Of a DNA stretch of 64,000 nt, positions 20,586 to 30,499 are shown piece after piece. The position numbers and the translations under genes are program-made. The stretch covers positions 6,790-70,789 of the forward strand of contig DIRA01000027.1 in assembly GCA_002427425.1 (NCBI GenBank), given 5' to 3'. The number at the start of each line of letters is the position of its first letter. The stretch's first letter is position 1. The notes beneath the pieces were generated by a model. That model did no database searches and was not told the origin of the DNA. It saw nothing but the letters and a program-made list of their open reading frames with translations. This DNA comes from Clostridiales bacterium UBA5448 (GTDB lineage Bacteria > Bacillota > Clostridia > Oscillospirales > SIG627).

Positions 20586-20806
20586 TGTTTGATCACCTCG
20601 ATTTGCATGGCATCTTCTTCCCGTATTGTCAGGGTATACCCTCGTAACGTCAACACAATGGGATCGCCCAAAGGGGCTCTTTTCACCATGGTAAAAGCCG
20701 TTTTGGAAATCAGTCCCATATCCAAAAGCCGCAAACGCAGAGGTCCCTGCCCCCCCACACGTATAATCAATCCCCGTTCGCCCGGAGACAGTTCATTGAG
20801 CGTCAT
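20582..20806 (-). CDS. feoA: FeoA-family protein
   Basis: 74 aa with an SH3-like FeoA pattern (LNELSPGERGLIIRV...LLDMGL...GDPIVL). ATGA overlap with feoB. Confidence 0.88.
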   Translation of the reverse strand: MTLNELSPGERGLIIRVGGQGPLRLRLLDMGLISKTAFTMVKRAPLGDPIVLTLRGYTLTIREEDAMQIEVIKQ

Positions 20807-20845
20807 ATTTTATCTCCCGCCTGTGTAGTGTTATGAACACAAACA

Positions 20846-20863
20846 TGTTAGCATTGACTAACA
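20846..20863. promoter_or_regulatory. Inverted repeat TGTTAG-N6-CTAACA upstream of feoAB (candidate metalloregulator operator)
   Basis: Read directly from the sequence, about 40 nt upstream of the feoA start. It does not match the classic Fur box. Confidence 0.25.
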
Positions 20864-20978
20864 ACTTTGTCAAGTAGTCTCTTTGCATCATTGTATGCTG
20901 CCTTATGGCATCAAATGAAGGTGATTTGAGTCTGTTATCCTTGTTATGTAAAAAAACAAATTTCGATGATCTTTTTAG

Positions 20979-21006
20979 TTGATTTTTCCAGTAAATGCGG
21001 TATAAT
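20979..21006 (+). promoter_or_regulatory. Sigma-A type promoter candidate
   Basis: TTGATT, 16 nt, TATAAT (21001-21006). The ATG at 21005 lies inside the -10 box, which argues for a downstream start. Confidence 0.45.
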
Positions 21007-21031
21007 GATAAATAAGAGGAAGGTGATTGAG

Positions 21032-21901
21032 TTGGAAAAGAAGTTTGCCAATCTGCATGTTCATTCCACCCATTCCGACGGTGCTTTTTCGCCCAAGGAA
21101 CTGGTACGTCTCGCTAAGGAAGAAGGGTACGGCGCTGTGGCGATGACCGATCATGATACCGCCACGGGATGCGATGAATTGAAAGAAGAAGCTGCCGCTG
21201 CGGGGCTGATGTCTGTCATGGGAGTGGAATTTTCCTGCACTGCGCCCGAATTGAACGCCAATTTCCATATGGTGGGGTTTGATTTTGATCCCAATGAACC
21301 GACGATGAAAGATTTCTTGCGTTATTTGAGCGAGAAAGAAACATATATCACCAAACTGCAATTTGATTCCGCCATGGAGCGGGGAACGCTGACCCATATA
21401 ACCTGGGATGAAGTGGTGGAAGCCAATCCGGGCCTGACCTGGTTCTGCAATGAACCCGTGTTCAGAACCCTCATCGCCAAGGGATTGAAAACCATGCTGG
21501 ACTATCCGGAATTTTTCAAGGATTTCCGCCGTCCTTTCCCCACGCCATATCAAACCCCTACGGCAAAAGAAACCATTGCAAACATCCGCCGTGCCGGCGG
21601 CGTACCCATTTTAGCCCATGGGCAGCATGTATTGGATCGTGTTCCTGCTTTGATGTCCTATGGCTTGATGGGTCTGGAAGTGTCCCATCACATGCTATCC
21701 GAAAGCAATGAAACCGAATCTGCCAACGAGATTGCCGCGCAGTACGGGCTGTATCGCTCCGGCGGCTCTGATCACCACGGCATCATGGGCGGTCAGCAGC
21801 TTCGTTACCCCAAAGGGCAAAATCCCTTTGAAACCAAATTCTTGGAATACGGTGTATCCGAAACATATTTTATGGAGATTTATCATCGCACGCGAGGATA
21901 G
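21032..21901 (+). CDS. PHP-domain metal-dependent phosphoesterase
   Basis: LHVHSTHSDG near the N-terminus, then MTDHDT and GGSDHHG. Start proposed at TTG 21032 after AGAGGAAGG. The ORF-track alternatives 20966 and 21005 overlap the promoter. Confidence 0.7.
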   Translation: MEKKFANLHVHSTHSDGAFSPKELVRLAKEEGYGAVAMTDHDTATGCDELKEEAAAAGLMSVMGVEFSCTAPELNANFHMVGFDFDPNEPTMKDFLRYLSEKETYITKLQFDSAMERGTLTHITWDEVVEANPGLTWFCNEPVFRTLIAKGLKTMLDYPEFFKDFRRPFPTPYQTPTAKETIANIRRAGGVPILAHGQHVLDRVPALMSYGLMGLEVSHHMLSESNETESANEIAAQYGLYRSGGSDHHGIMGGQQLRYPKGQNPFETKFLEYGVSETYFMEIYHRTRG

Positions 21902-22066
21902 TATGAGGGGTATCACAGTGCTCTCCTTTGCTTACCATTAAAGCGGGTGGCCAACAGCATTACTCCCACTACCGGCTGTATCCAGTGGACATGTTACCGG
22001 AAAACAAAGTTACGAAAATCAAAAAAGCCATTCTTCCGAATGTTTTTTACAGTTCAAGGGAAAAAT

Positions 22067-22918
22067 ATGATTGCCAATTACCATACTCACACATACCGCT
22101 GCGGTCACGGGATCGGAACGGAAAAAGAATATATCGAAGCCGCCATTCAAGCGGGGATCCGGATTCTGGGTTTCAGCGAACATGCCCCCTATTGGTTTGG
22201 GGATACGGGGCATTATTCCCGCTTTCGCATGCCGGTCCACGACGGGGAAAACTATGTGAACACGCTCCTTTCCCTGCGAAAAGAGTATGCAAACGACATT
22301 GAAATTTTCATTGGGTTTGAGGCGGAGTATTACCCCTTGTTTTTTCAGGGGTTTTTAGAAAAAATTTGTCCTCTTGCGTATGATTATTTGATTTTAGGTC
22401 AGCATTTTACCGGCAACGAAATCGGTGAAATCTATACGGGAACACCATCGCCAGGCGGAAAAGAGCGGCTTCAAACCTACGTCAATCAATGTCTGGAAGG
22501 AATGAAAACAGGCAAGTTTTCCTATCTTGCTCATCCAGATCTGATTCAGACCAATGTAAAAAGCTCGGTTTTGCGGGGGGAGCTGGTGCGTTTGTGTCAG
22601 GGTGTCAAAGAGTTGGGTTATCCCGTGGAAATTAACTTTTTGGGAATGCGGGATCATCGAGCCTACCCCACTGTAGAATTGTATCAAGCCGCCGCCGAAA
22701 CCGGATGTGATGTGATTTTCGGTGTGGATGCCCATTCTCCGGATGTGTTTTTGGATCAAAACACCTTGAAAAGAGCGCGTAAAATTGTGAATGCCTATGG
22801 ATTACACCTGGTGAAAACCTTACAAATTCGCAATGCGGAAGAAGAAATGCCGAAGCAATGTCATAGAATGAATAACCATGACAATGCGCCATACAATGCA
22901 AGTGCTTGCAATGAATAA
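22067..22918 (+). CDS. HisJ-family (PHP) histidinol-phosphatase-like protein
   Basis: MIANYHTHTYRCGHG..., FSEHAPY, LAHPD, GVDAHSP. Start at ATG 22067. Confidence 0.75.
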   Translation: MIANYHTHTYRCGHGIGTEKEYIEAAIQAGIRILGFSEHAPYWFGDTGHYSRFRMPVHDGENYVNTLLSLRKEYANDIEIFIGFEAEYYPLFFQGFLEKICPLAYDYLILGQHFTGNEIGEIYTGTPSPGGKERLQTYVNQCLEGMKTGKFSYLAHPDLIQTNVKSSVLRGELVRLCQGVKELGYPVEINFLGMRDHRAYPTVELYQAAAETGCDVIFGVDAHSPDVFLDQNTLKRARKIVNAYGLHLVKTLQIRNAEEEMPKQCHRMNNHDNAPYNASACNE

Positions 22919-22948
22919 AATCCCGTTTTGCGGGATTTTTTTATATGC
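22917..22948 (+). terminator. Rho-independent terminator
   Basis: aaaatcccg-ttttg-cgggatttt followed by a T-run. Its 3' half is duplicated 23 nt downstream (see the noticed_but_rejected entry at 22929-22971). Confidence 0.7.
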
Positions 22949-22980
22949 AGATGCGGGATTTTTTTATATGCTGACATCGG

Positions 22981-23010
22981 TTGACAAAGCCTGCGGATAT
23001 TCGGTATAAT
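22981..23010 (+). promoter_or_regulatory. Sigma-A type promoter candidate for the HAD gene
   Basis: TTGACA (22981-22986), 18-nt spacer, TATAAT (23005-23010). The ORF-track ATG at 23009 lies inside the -10 box. Confidence 0.55.
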
Positions 23011-23032
23011 GGATGAGAATTGGAGTGATTGT

Positions 23033-23680
23033 GTGCAAAAATATATTTTTTTTGATTTAGACGGAACCTTGTTGAATACAAGGGAGGGGATTACCACCGG
23101 CATTTCCATGGCGCTGAAGAAGGGATTTGGCATAGAAGAAAAGCCGGAGAATCTTTGTCATTTCATAGGACCGCCGTTGAAAAGGCAGTTTATGGAAAGT
23201 TATGGATTCACAGAAGAACAGGCACTCTATGCCCTGAAAGTGTATCGGCAGTATTATTCGACCACCGGTTTATATCTCAACGTGCCTTATGACGGAATTT
23301 TTAAGACAGCCGAACGGCTGAAAAACAGCGGGTATATTTTGGCGGTCGCCACGTCTAAACCGACGGTGTATTCGTTGCAGATGCTGGAAAAACACGGCGT
23401 ATTGTCTTTGTTTCAGGTGGTTTCCGGCTGTAATCTGGACGGGACCCGTGAAACCAAAATCGAGGTCATCCGGCATGCCATGGAAAAACTGGATATTTGT
23501 GACCCGAAACAGGTTGTGATGGTGGGGGACCGAAAGTTTGATATATGGGGCGGTAAAGAAGCGGGTATGACCACCGTCGGGGTGACATACGGATTTGGTT
23601 CCAGAGAAGAACTGGAAAAAGCCGGCGCGGATTTCATTTGCTCTGATGCCACGGAATTGAGCGGGTACTTTATTAAATAA
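23033..23680 (+). CDS. HAD-superfamily phosphatase (phosphoglycolate phosphatase-like)
   Basis: YIFFDLDGTLLNT (motif I), ATSKP (motif II) and MVGDRKFDI (motif IV). GTG start at 23033, 7 nt after GGAG. Confidence 0.8.
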   Translation: MQKYIFFDLDGTLLNTREGITTGISMALKKGFGIEEKPENLCHFIGPPLKRQFMESYGFTEEQALYALKVYRQYYSTTGLYLNVPYDGIFKTAERLKNSGYILAVATSKPTVYSLQMLEKHGVLSLFQVVSGCNLDGTRETKIEVIRHAMEKLDICDPKQVVMVGDRKFDIWGGKEAGMTTVGVTYGFGSREELEKAGADFICSDATELSGYFIK

Positions 23681-23688
23681 GGTGTAAT

Positions 23689-24507
23689 ATGGATTGGTTG
23701 AAGTTGTATCAGGTCATTCATATGCGCTATATGGATCCCAGACCCAAGCCGTTGCGAAACCATTCTTATTATCAGATGGTGTATGTTTTAGATGGTGAAG
23801 GGGGCATTTTGTTTCAAGACAGAAACGAAGTGCTAAAAAAAGGGGATTTTTTTCTGATTTTGATGGATGAATATCATCTGGTATACGGCTGCGACATGAT
23901 GACCTTTGAAATCAAGTTCTATGTGGGCGATGAAAAACTCATTTCCATGTTGAACGGCGCGGGAAGGCTTGTCAAGGACAAGGGAAAAAAACTGCGTAGA
24001 ATAACGGAACGGATCGAATGCGAAATCCAGCGCAAAGAAATGTTTTTCAATGAAATGACTTTATTGGAAGTCTGCAAAATGATCTATACCTTTCTTCAAT
24101 ATTGCTATGGAGATGGGGATGTCCCCAAACAGGAAGAAACCCAAGGGAAAGAAGAAAACAATTTGTTTGGAGGTGTGATCGAATATATCCAGGCGCATTT
24201 CCATGAAACTATTGTTATGGACGAGTTGGTGGCGCTTTCCTGCGAAAGCAAATCGGGATTTTACCATAAATTCCGCGCCAGCTACGGCGTATCCCCTTTG
24301 CAGTATATCAACGGGGTCAGGCTCAAAAAAGCAAGAGAGCTTTTGGCTCAAAGCGACATGACCATCGGAGAGATTGCCTTGGCTTGCGGGTTCGGGTCTA
24401 ATCATTATTTTTCCCGCTACTTTACCAAAACCGAAGGGATCACCCCCCGGGAATACAGACTGATTAAAGGGGGCGTGTATTGTTACAATTTGGAAGATAT
24501 ACCGTAA
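23689..24507 (+). CDS. AraC-family transcriptional regulator
   Basis: Cupin-like N-terminus (YYQMVYVLDGEGG...GDFFLI). C-terminal double HTH (MDELVALSCESKSGFYHKFRASYG...IALACGFGSNHYFSRYFTK). Confidence 0.85.
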   Translation: MDWLKLYQVIHMRYMDPRPKPLRNHSYYQMVYVLDGEGGILFQDRNEVLKKGDFFLILMDEYHLVYGCDMMTFEIKFYVGDEKLISMLNGAGRLVKDKGKKLRRITERIECEIQRKEMFFNEMTLLEVCKMIYTFLQYCYGDGDVPKQEETQGKEENNLFGGVIEYIQAHFHETIVMDELVALSCESKSGFYHKFRASYGVSPLQYINGVRLKKARELLAQSDMTIGEIALACGFGSNHYFSRYFTKTEGITPREYRLIKGGVYCYNLEDIP

Positions 24508-24538
24508 AAGCCGCGTTCGGGATGAACGCGGTTTTTTT
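24508..24538 (+). terminator. Rho-independent terminator
   Basis: ccgcgttc-gggat-gaacgcgg followed by TTTTTTT. Confidence 0.75.
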
Positions 24539-24894
24539 AAAAAAGTGATAGTAGGGGTTCAACTGATTCAATCTGCCGGGGCGGTTTCCGGTTTGGTGGA
24601 GGGGGTATCTTCCGGTGGGAATTTTCTTAACTTCCACCATTTCCTTCTATATACTCTTATTTCTCTTGTCAAACGAAAAATCGCTATATTCCCCTTTCGT
24701 GTTTGAATGGAACGCCAAATCACCCGATTCAAACCATGGTTATGACAACCGCGTTTGTTACAAAATCGGTTATTTTTTGCCGTTCGATTGTAGAAATGTG
24801 CAAATAATTTGGAAGACAAGACAAACAAGCACTTGCATTATGTAATTATTTCATATATTATGGGTCTGAAGGTTTTGAATTTGGAGGTAAAAAA

Positions 24895-26208
24895 ATGAAA
24901 AAACCAACCACTGCCATCATCGTCGGCGCCGGTCACAGAGGATTGTGCTATGCAAAACTTGCTTTATCCATGCCTGAAAAACTCAAAATCGTGGGCGTTG
25001 CCGAACCGGATCCCGTGCGTCGTGCCAATGCGGTCAAACTGTTTTCCATTCCCGAAGAAGGCGTGTTTGAACGGTCAGAAGAATTGTATGATCGTCCTCC
25101 CTTGGCAGACATGATCATCAACGGTACCATGGATTCCTTACATGTGAAAACCACCATTCCCCTATTGAAAGCAGGCTATCATGTGCTGCTGGAAAAACCC
25201 TTCGCCATCAACGAAGCGGAAATGTGGGAATTATATAAAGCCAATCAGAGGTATCAACGTCATGTGAACATCTGCCATGTGCTTCGCTATGCGCCGTTTT
25301 ATGCTGCCATCAAAAAGAAAGTGATGGAGGGTGAAATCGGCGACATCATCAACATCCAGTTGACGGAACATGTATCCTACCATCATTTGATGGCAGCCTT
25401 CGTCCGTGGAAAGTGGGGCAATCAGTATGTGTGCGGCGCGCCCATGCTCCTTGCCAAGTGCTGCCATGATATGGATTTGATGATGTGGCTGATGGATCAA
25501 GACGAGCCCGTTCAGGTGGCAAGCTTTGGATCGGATTTCCAATTTGCCCCCGAAAAGACCCCTCCCCGGGCAGGCACACGGTGTACGGTGGATTGTCCCA
25601 TCGAAGCCGAATGCCCCCAATCGGCGAAAAAATATTTCCTGGACTATCCCGAACGCTGGAAAGCGTATGCCTGGGAATGTCTCGAATACCTGGGCGAGCC
25701 TACCCTGGAAGACAAAATCAAATCCATTGCTACCGACAACCCCTATGGTCTGTGCGCCTGGAAATGTAACCATGATAACGTAGATCATCAGTCCGTATTG
25801 GTCAATTTTGCCAGCGGTGCGACCTGCTCCCTGAATATGATTGGCGGTTCTCCCGCAGGCGAACGAAAAATCCATATCATCGGCACCAAAGGTGATATCT
25901 ACGGTACCTTTGATACCTCAAAATTTGTTATCCGAAAGATTGTGCAGACCTATCCCCAAAACTTCTCTTCCGAAACGGTGGATGTGAAAGAAACCGGGGA
26001 TATGACTGGTCTGACCGGCGGTCACGGCGGCGGTGATTTGCGTCTTGCCTTGGATTATGTCAACTTGCTGCAGGGTGAAAAACCCTCCTATTCCTGCACC
26101 TCTTTAGAAGATTCCATCAAGAGCCATTTGGCGGTATTCTGCGCCGAAGAAGCCAGAAAAGAAAGCAAAGTCGTTTCCCTGAGGGAGCGGTTCCATATGA
26201 ATCAATAG
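24895..26208 (+). CDS. Gfo/Idh/MocA-family NAD(P)-dependent oxidoreductase (large, ~437-aa subtype)
   Basis: Rossmann start TAIIVGAGHRG and an EKP motif (LLEKPFA). A Cys-rich insert (TRCTVDCPIEAECPQS) is present. I did not compare it to the GH109 enzymes, which share this fold. Confidence 0.75.
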   Translation: MKKPTTAIIVGAGHRGLCYAKLALSMPEKLKIVGVAEPDPVRRANAVKLFSIPEEGVFERSEELYDRPPLADMIINGTMDSLHVKTTIPLLKAGYHVLLEKPFAINEAEMWELYKANQRYQRHVNICHVLRYAPFYAAIKKKVMEGEIGDIINIQLTEHVSYHHLMAAFVRGKWGNQYVCGAPMLLAKCCHDMDLMMWLMDQDEPVQVASFGSDFQFAPEKTPPRAGTRCTVDCPIEAECPQSAKKYFLDYPERWKAYAWECLEYLGEPTLEDKIKSIATDNPYGLCAWKCNHDNVDHQSVLVNFASGATCSLNMIGGSPAGERKIHIIGTKGDIYGTFDTSKFVIRKIVQTYPQNFSSETVDVKETGDMTGLTGGHGGGDLRLALDYVNLLQGEKPSYSCTSLEDSIKSHLAVFCAEEARKESKVVSLRERFHMNQ

Positions 26209-26217
26209 GAGTCGGAT

Positions 26218-27504
26218 ATGTATATACGTTCTGCCTCTTCCCGATATGAGCGGGAACCCTTGCTGGCACCCTTTGGCTTCAAAGGGGGATATATCAGTGA
26301 ACTTTGGCAGATCATCTCCCGACTGAAAACAGATCAGGTATCTGCCATGGGTCTGGGGCTGCAAAGTGTGTTATGGTCGGATGCGGAAATATTTGCTTCC
26401 TATACCCAGGACGAAGGCAATGAAAAAATGTATGCCATCACAACATATGCCTTGTCTGCTTTGGAAGGCAATTGTTTTCAAACCCCTTGGGAAGCGCTGG
26501 GTGCCATCAAGGAAGCCTGCGTGGACTACGGAAAGCATATCACCGGCAGACCCAACATGCGTACCACCTTTACCCTCAACGGGCTGGTGAGTGTGGACAA
26601 TGCCCTATGGCAGGCATACGGACGGGAAAAGAACACCGAGGATTTTTTGTCCCTGGTGCCAGATGAAGTGCGGCCTGCTTTATCTTACAAACATGAAAAA
26701 CTGGGGAATATCCCTCTGATTACCTATGGTTTGTCGGAAAGAGAGATCCGCAAACTGCTGGATGACGGCGCGTTTTTCTTAAAAATTAAAATTGGCTGTG
26801 ATCCGGATAAAGACGGGGACAGAGAAAAAATGCTTTCGTGGGATCGGCAGCGCATGACCCAAATTCATGCCATTGCATCGGAGTATACCACTCCATATAC
26901 CGAATCGGGGAACATTGCCTATTATCTGGATGCCAACGGCAGATATGATTCCAAAGAACGGCTGTATCAATTCATCGAACATATGGAGAAAATCGGTGCT
27001 GCCAAAGAAACGGTGATTTTGGAAGAGCCGTTTGAAGAAACCAATCTTACAGACGTTTCGGATATTCCTATGCGCCTGGCTACCGATGAATCCGCCCATG
27101 GCGTGAAAGACGCCATGGAACGGATTGATTTGGGATATAAAGCCATCGCTCTCAAACCGATTGCCAAAACCATGTCGGAATCCTTATGGATCCTCCTCGC
27201 GGCAAGCAAGCGGAACATCCCCTGTTTTTGTGCGGATTTGACGGTGAATCCTTTGATGGTGGAATGGAATAAAAATGTGGCTGCTCGAATTGCTCCGCTG
27301 CCGGGTATTAAAATCGGCGTGCTCGAATCCAACGGAAAACAAAATTATGTTCATTGGGATCGTTTGAAAACTTTTCATCCCCTGGCAGACAAATTATTTG
27401 CAAAGGAAATCAAAGGTATTTATACGTTGAACGAAGAGTTTTATCACACTTCAGGTGGAATTTTCCGCATTGTGGATGCGTATGAAAGTGAGGCACAGAT
27501 ATGA
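26218..27504 (+). CDS. Enolase-superfamily protein (MLE / dipeptide-epimerase-like subgroup)
   Basis: KxK (FLKIKIG), metal ligands in YLDANG, LEEPF and ATDES, and a second catalytic Lys context (IALKPIAKT). Confidence 0.65.
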   Translation: MYIRSASSRYEREPLLAPFGFKGGYISELWQIISRLKTDQVSAMGLGLQSVLWSDAEIFASYTQDEGNEKMYAITTYALSALEGNCFQTPWEALGAIKEACVDYGKHITGRPNMRTTFTLNGLVSVDNALWQAYGREKNTEDFLSLVPDEVRPALSYKHEKLGNIPLITYGLSEREIRKLLDDGAFFLKIKIGCDPDKDGDREKMLSWDRQRMTQIHAIASEYTTPYTESGNIAYYLDANGRYDSKERLYQFIEHMEKIGAAKETVILEEPFEETNLTDVSDIPMRLATDESAHGVKDAMERIDLGYKAIALKPIAKTMSESLWILLAASKRNIPCFCADLTVNPLMVEWNKNVAARIAPLPGIKIGVLESNGKQNYVHWDRLKTFHPLADKLFAKEIKGIYTLNEEFYHTSGGIFRIVDAYESEAQI

Positions 27505-29447
27505 CTTGTTACGCCATTTTGGAAGAAAGTGTTTTAAAAGTCGGCAACACCTTACTTGAACGGCAATATGATTTGTCGGAGGGTGAACCCCGGCATAAAG
27601 CATTGATCAACAAACAAACGGGGTATCGGTGGGAAGGCTCTCAGCCTGTGGTGATGCAGGTATGCGGGTTCTCTGGCAAAGGCCTGACACCGAGGCTTTC
27701 CACGCTCATTTCCGATTCCAACGGCTGTTCTTTGCCTCATTTGGAAGCTATGCTGGAGTATGACAACGGCCTGTTGGAAGTGCGGCTGGTATTGACGGTG
27801 TATGAAGATTCCCCCTTCATTTCTTCTCAGATTTTTATTCGGAAAAAAGAAGGGGTGGAATCCTATTCCTTTGATCCCACCCAAGCGGATGTCGTGGAGG
27901 TCGTGGGACTGTATGAGCCTCATATGCGGCTTGACAGAGTGACCTTTGTGGACAAAAGCGACTATAACGACACATTGGTGACAAGGGATCACGAGATTCT
28001 CTATGCCAGAATGCATACCGATCGGGAAGGACAGATGTTTTTGCTGTCTCCCGTTTTGCACGAGGAAAAACTTCTTTTGGTGAAAGAAGCTCCTTGTAAA
28101 GCAGGTTGTTTTAACCGCATCCGTCCCGAGTTTGGGTGCGCGCCCAAAAAGCAAGCGGCCTTATACGGCAGCGGAGTCACCGCCCATGATTTGTCCTCCG
28201 CGTATTTTGTACCCTGTTACGGCGCTACCGTAGGAGTAGGATTTAATACGGATCTGTTCCGTGCCTACCGCGCCCATTACGGGAAGGTCTATGCTGGGGA
28301 TATTCGGCGGAATTTGTTTACCATGTCCAATACCTGGGGCGATCGCAGCGCAGACAAAGCCTTGTGCGAAGCCTTCATGATCAAAGAAGGACAATGCGCC
28401 CTGGAAATGGGTGTAGAGCTCATACAGTTGGATGACGGTTGGCAAACCGGCCTTTCCAGCGGATCTGCCTTCAAAAAAGGCGTGAAAGTATGGAATTCCG
28501 GTTTTTATCGGGAATATGAGGATTTCTGGAAAATCCATGAAAAGAAGTTCCCCAACGGTTTTGACCCCTTCCGCAGCGACGCGTATGATTTGGGTATTTG
28601 GTTCAGTTTAGACGGCGATAACGATTATGCACAATGGGAAATCGATGCCGAAAAAATGCTGGAACTTCATAAACAATACAATGTTACCCATTTTAAAATC
28701 GACGGCATCACGTTGTTAAACAAACGGGCGGAATGGCGTTTTCTGCAATTTTTTCAGAGATTGATCAAAGAAAGTCATGGAAAAGTATCCTTCAATATGG
28801 ATATCACCAACGGAGTACGTTTGGGATATTTGTATGAAAAGCAGTTGGGTACCTTGTTCGTTGAAAACCGCTATACCGATACGGGAGCCTATTATCCTCA
28901 TGCAACCCTGCGGAATCTTTGGATGCTGTCTACATATATCCCTACCCGCAAAATGCAGTTTGAAGTGCTCAATCCCCGTCGGAACCGTAAGTTGTATGGA
29001 AATGATCCCATTGCCCCTGTAAAATACGATGCGGATTATCTCTTTGCATCGGTGATGGTTTCCAACCCTTTGATCTGGATGGAAATGCAGCATCTAAACC
29101 GCAAAGACAAAGAAGCCATCGGGAACATTGTTCAAATCTGGAAGAAAGAGCGCAAAGCCATTTTCCAGGGTGAAGTCATACCCATAGGGGAGGAACCTTC
29201 CGGGGTATCCAAAACCGGTTTTCAGGTAAAAACTGGGGAAAACAGCGGCTATTTTCTTGTTTTCCGGGAGTATTGCCCCCAATCTTCTTTTTCAATCCCT
29301 GTGGAAGCGGATCAAGGAGAGTACGAATTGGTGTTGTTATCCACCAACGCGGGAGCTGCCCGCGGAAAACTGCAAAATGGTCAGTTAAAGGTGCATATCA
29401 GTAAGAAGCTTGGTTACATATTTTTTAAATATGATAAAAAACAATAG
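27501..29447 (+). CDS. GH36-like alpha-galactosidase-family protein (distant)
   Basis: LIQLDDGWQ motif, then FPNGF and THFKIDG (the KWD-type nucleophile region). No signal peptide. ATGA overlap with the upstream gene. Confidence 0.55.
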   Translation: MTCYAILEESVLKVGNTLLERQYDLSEGEPRHKALINKQTGYRWEGSQPVVMQVCGFSGKGLTPRLSTLISDSNGCSLPHLEAMLEYDNGLLEVRLVLTVYEDSPFISSQIFIRKKEGVESYSFDPTQADVVEVVGLYEPHMRLDRVTFVDKSDYNDTLVTRDHEILYARMHTDREGQMFLLSPVLHEEKLLLVKEAPCKAGCFNRIRPEFGCAPKKQAALYGSGVTAHDLSSAYFVPCYGATVGVGFNTDLFRAYRAHYGKVYAGDIRRNLFTMSNTWGDRSADKALCEAFMIKEGQCALEMGVELIQLDDGWQTGLSSGSAFKKGVKVWNSGFYREYEDFWKIHEKKFPNGFDPFRSDAYDLGIWFSLDGDNDYAQWEIDAEKMLELHKQYNVTHFKIDGITLLNKRAEWRFLQFFQRLIKESHGKVSFNMDITNGVRLGYLYEKQLGTLFVENRYTDTGAYYPHATLRNLWMLSTYIPTRKMQFEVLNPRRNRKLYGNDPIAPVKYDADYLFASVMVSNPLIWMEMQHLNRKDKEAIGNIVQIWKKERKAIFQGEVIPIGEEPSGVSKTGFQVKTGENSGYFLVFREYCPQSSFSIPVEADQGEYELVLLSTNAGAARGKLQNGQLKVHISKKLGYIFFKYDKKQ

Positions 29448-29496
29448 GGGAACAATGGATGGGTGTAAAATCTTTGCGTGAAAGGATGAAAAAAAT

Positions 29497-30486
29497 ATGA
29501 AAATAGCCATATTGGCCAAAACTGCCCAAAGAACCAACGTATTTGATGATACATACTTTGACAGGATGAGAAAACACGGTGAATTATCCATTTTTAATCA
29601 AGATGATTTCAATGACAGAGCCTACCTTTTGGATGTTTGCCGGGGTGCCAATGTGATCATTACCACTTGGGGTACGCCCAAATTGGAAAAAGATATTTTG
29701 GAGGTATGCCCCGATTTACAATGTGTGATTCATGCCGCCGGCACGCCCAAGCCTGTGATTACCCCCGAATTGATTGATAAGAAAGTGCGCCTTACAGCGT
29801 CCAACATTGCCATCGGTGAAGGGGTTGCCGAAACGGCATTGGCGTTGATGATCGGTGCTTGCAAGAAATTCTTTTGGCTGTGCCAAGATACCGCCAATGG
29901 CATGTGGGCGGAAAATAAACCCAAAGTCAAAGATTTTTATGACATCAAAGTCGGCATTGTTTCCGGCGGTATGGTGGGTAGGCACATGGTCAAACTGTTA
30001 AAAAATTTCCATGTGGATATTTTGATGTACGATCCCACGTTAACAAAAGAAGAAATCGCCGAAATCGGGGCGGAAAAAGTGGGACTGGATGAAATGATGT
30101 CTGTTTGCGATGTGGTCAGCATTCATGCACCTTCCATTCCCGCCACCGACAACATGATCAATCAAGAAAATCTGAAATGGATGAAAGACGGTGCCGTGCT
30201 GGTTAACACAGCCCGGGGTTCCATCATCCACGAAGCGGATTTGATCGAAGAACTGAAAAAGGGCAGAATCTACGCTTGTCTAGACGTTACCCTGCCCGAA
30301 CCGCCTGCCAAAGATAATCCTTTGCGTACCCTTCCCAACGTGGTGCTGACACCTCACATTGCAGGGACCGTTACCAATGGTTTGAAGAGAATCGCCCTTC
30401 ATGCGTGTGAGGAATTGGATCGGTTTTGTGCCGGAGAACGGATGAAGACCGAAGTGAATTTCGACGAATTGTCCCAAATGGCATAG
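29497..30486 (+). CDS. D-isomer-specific 2-hydroxyacid dehydrogenase family protein
   Basis: NAD-binding site GIVSGGMVGRHMVKLL, then NTARGSII and LTPHIAGT. Confidence 0.85.
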   Translation: MKIAILAKTAQRTNVFDDTYFDRMRKHGELSIFNQDDFNDRAYLLDVCRGANVIITTWGTPKLEKDILEVCPDLQCVIHAAGTPKPVITPELIDKKVRLTASNIAIGEGVAETALALMIGACKKFFWLCQDTANGMWAENKPKVKDFYDIKVGIVSGGMVGRHMVKLLKNFHVDILMYDPTLTKEEIAEIGAEKVGLDEMMSVCDVVSIHAPSIPATDNMINQENLKWMKDGAVLVNTARGSIIHEADLIEELKKGRIYACLDVTLPEPPAKDNPLRTLPNVVLTPHIAGTVTNGLKRIALHACEELDRFCAGERMKTEVNFDELSQMA

Positions 30487-30499
30487 GAGGATGTTTGAT

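Noticed and set aside
22929-22971. Direct duplication of the 20-nt TGCGGGATTTTTTTATATGC (22929-22948 and 22952-22971).
   Set aside because: It is a local duplication of the 3' half of the terminator after the PHP gene. This is most simply replication slippage, with no coding or obvious regulatory consequence.
24568-24845. Two overlapping small ORFs (86 aa minus strand, 76 aa plus strand) in the 387-bp gap before the oxidoreductase operon.
   Set aside because: They have no RBS, odd composition and mutual overlap. The region is more plausibly the AraC-controlled promoter/leader (candidate TTGCAT-17-TATTAT at 24833-24861).
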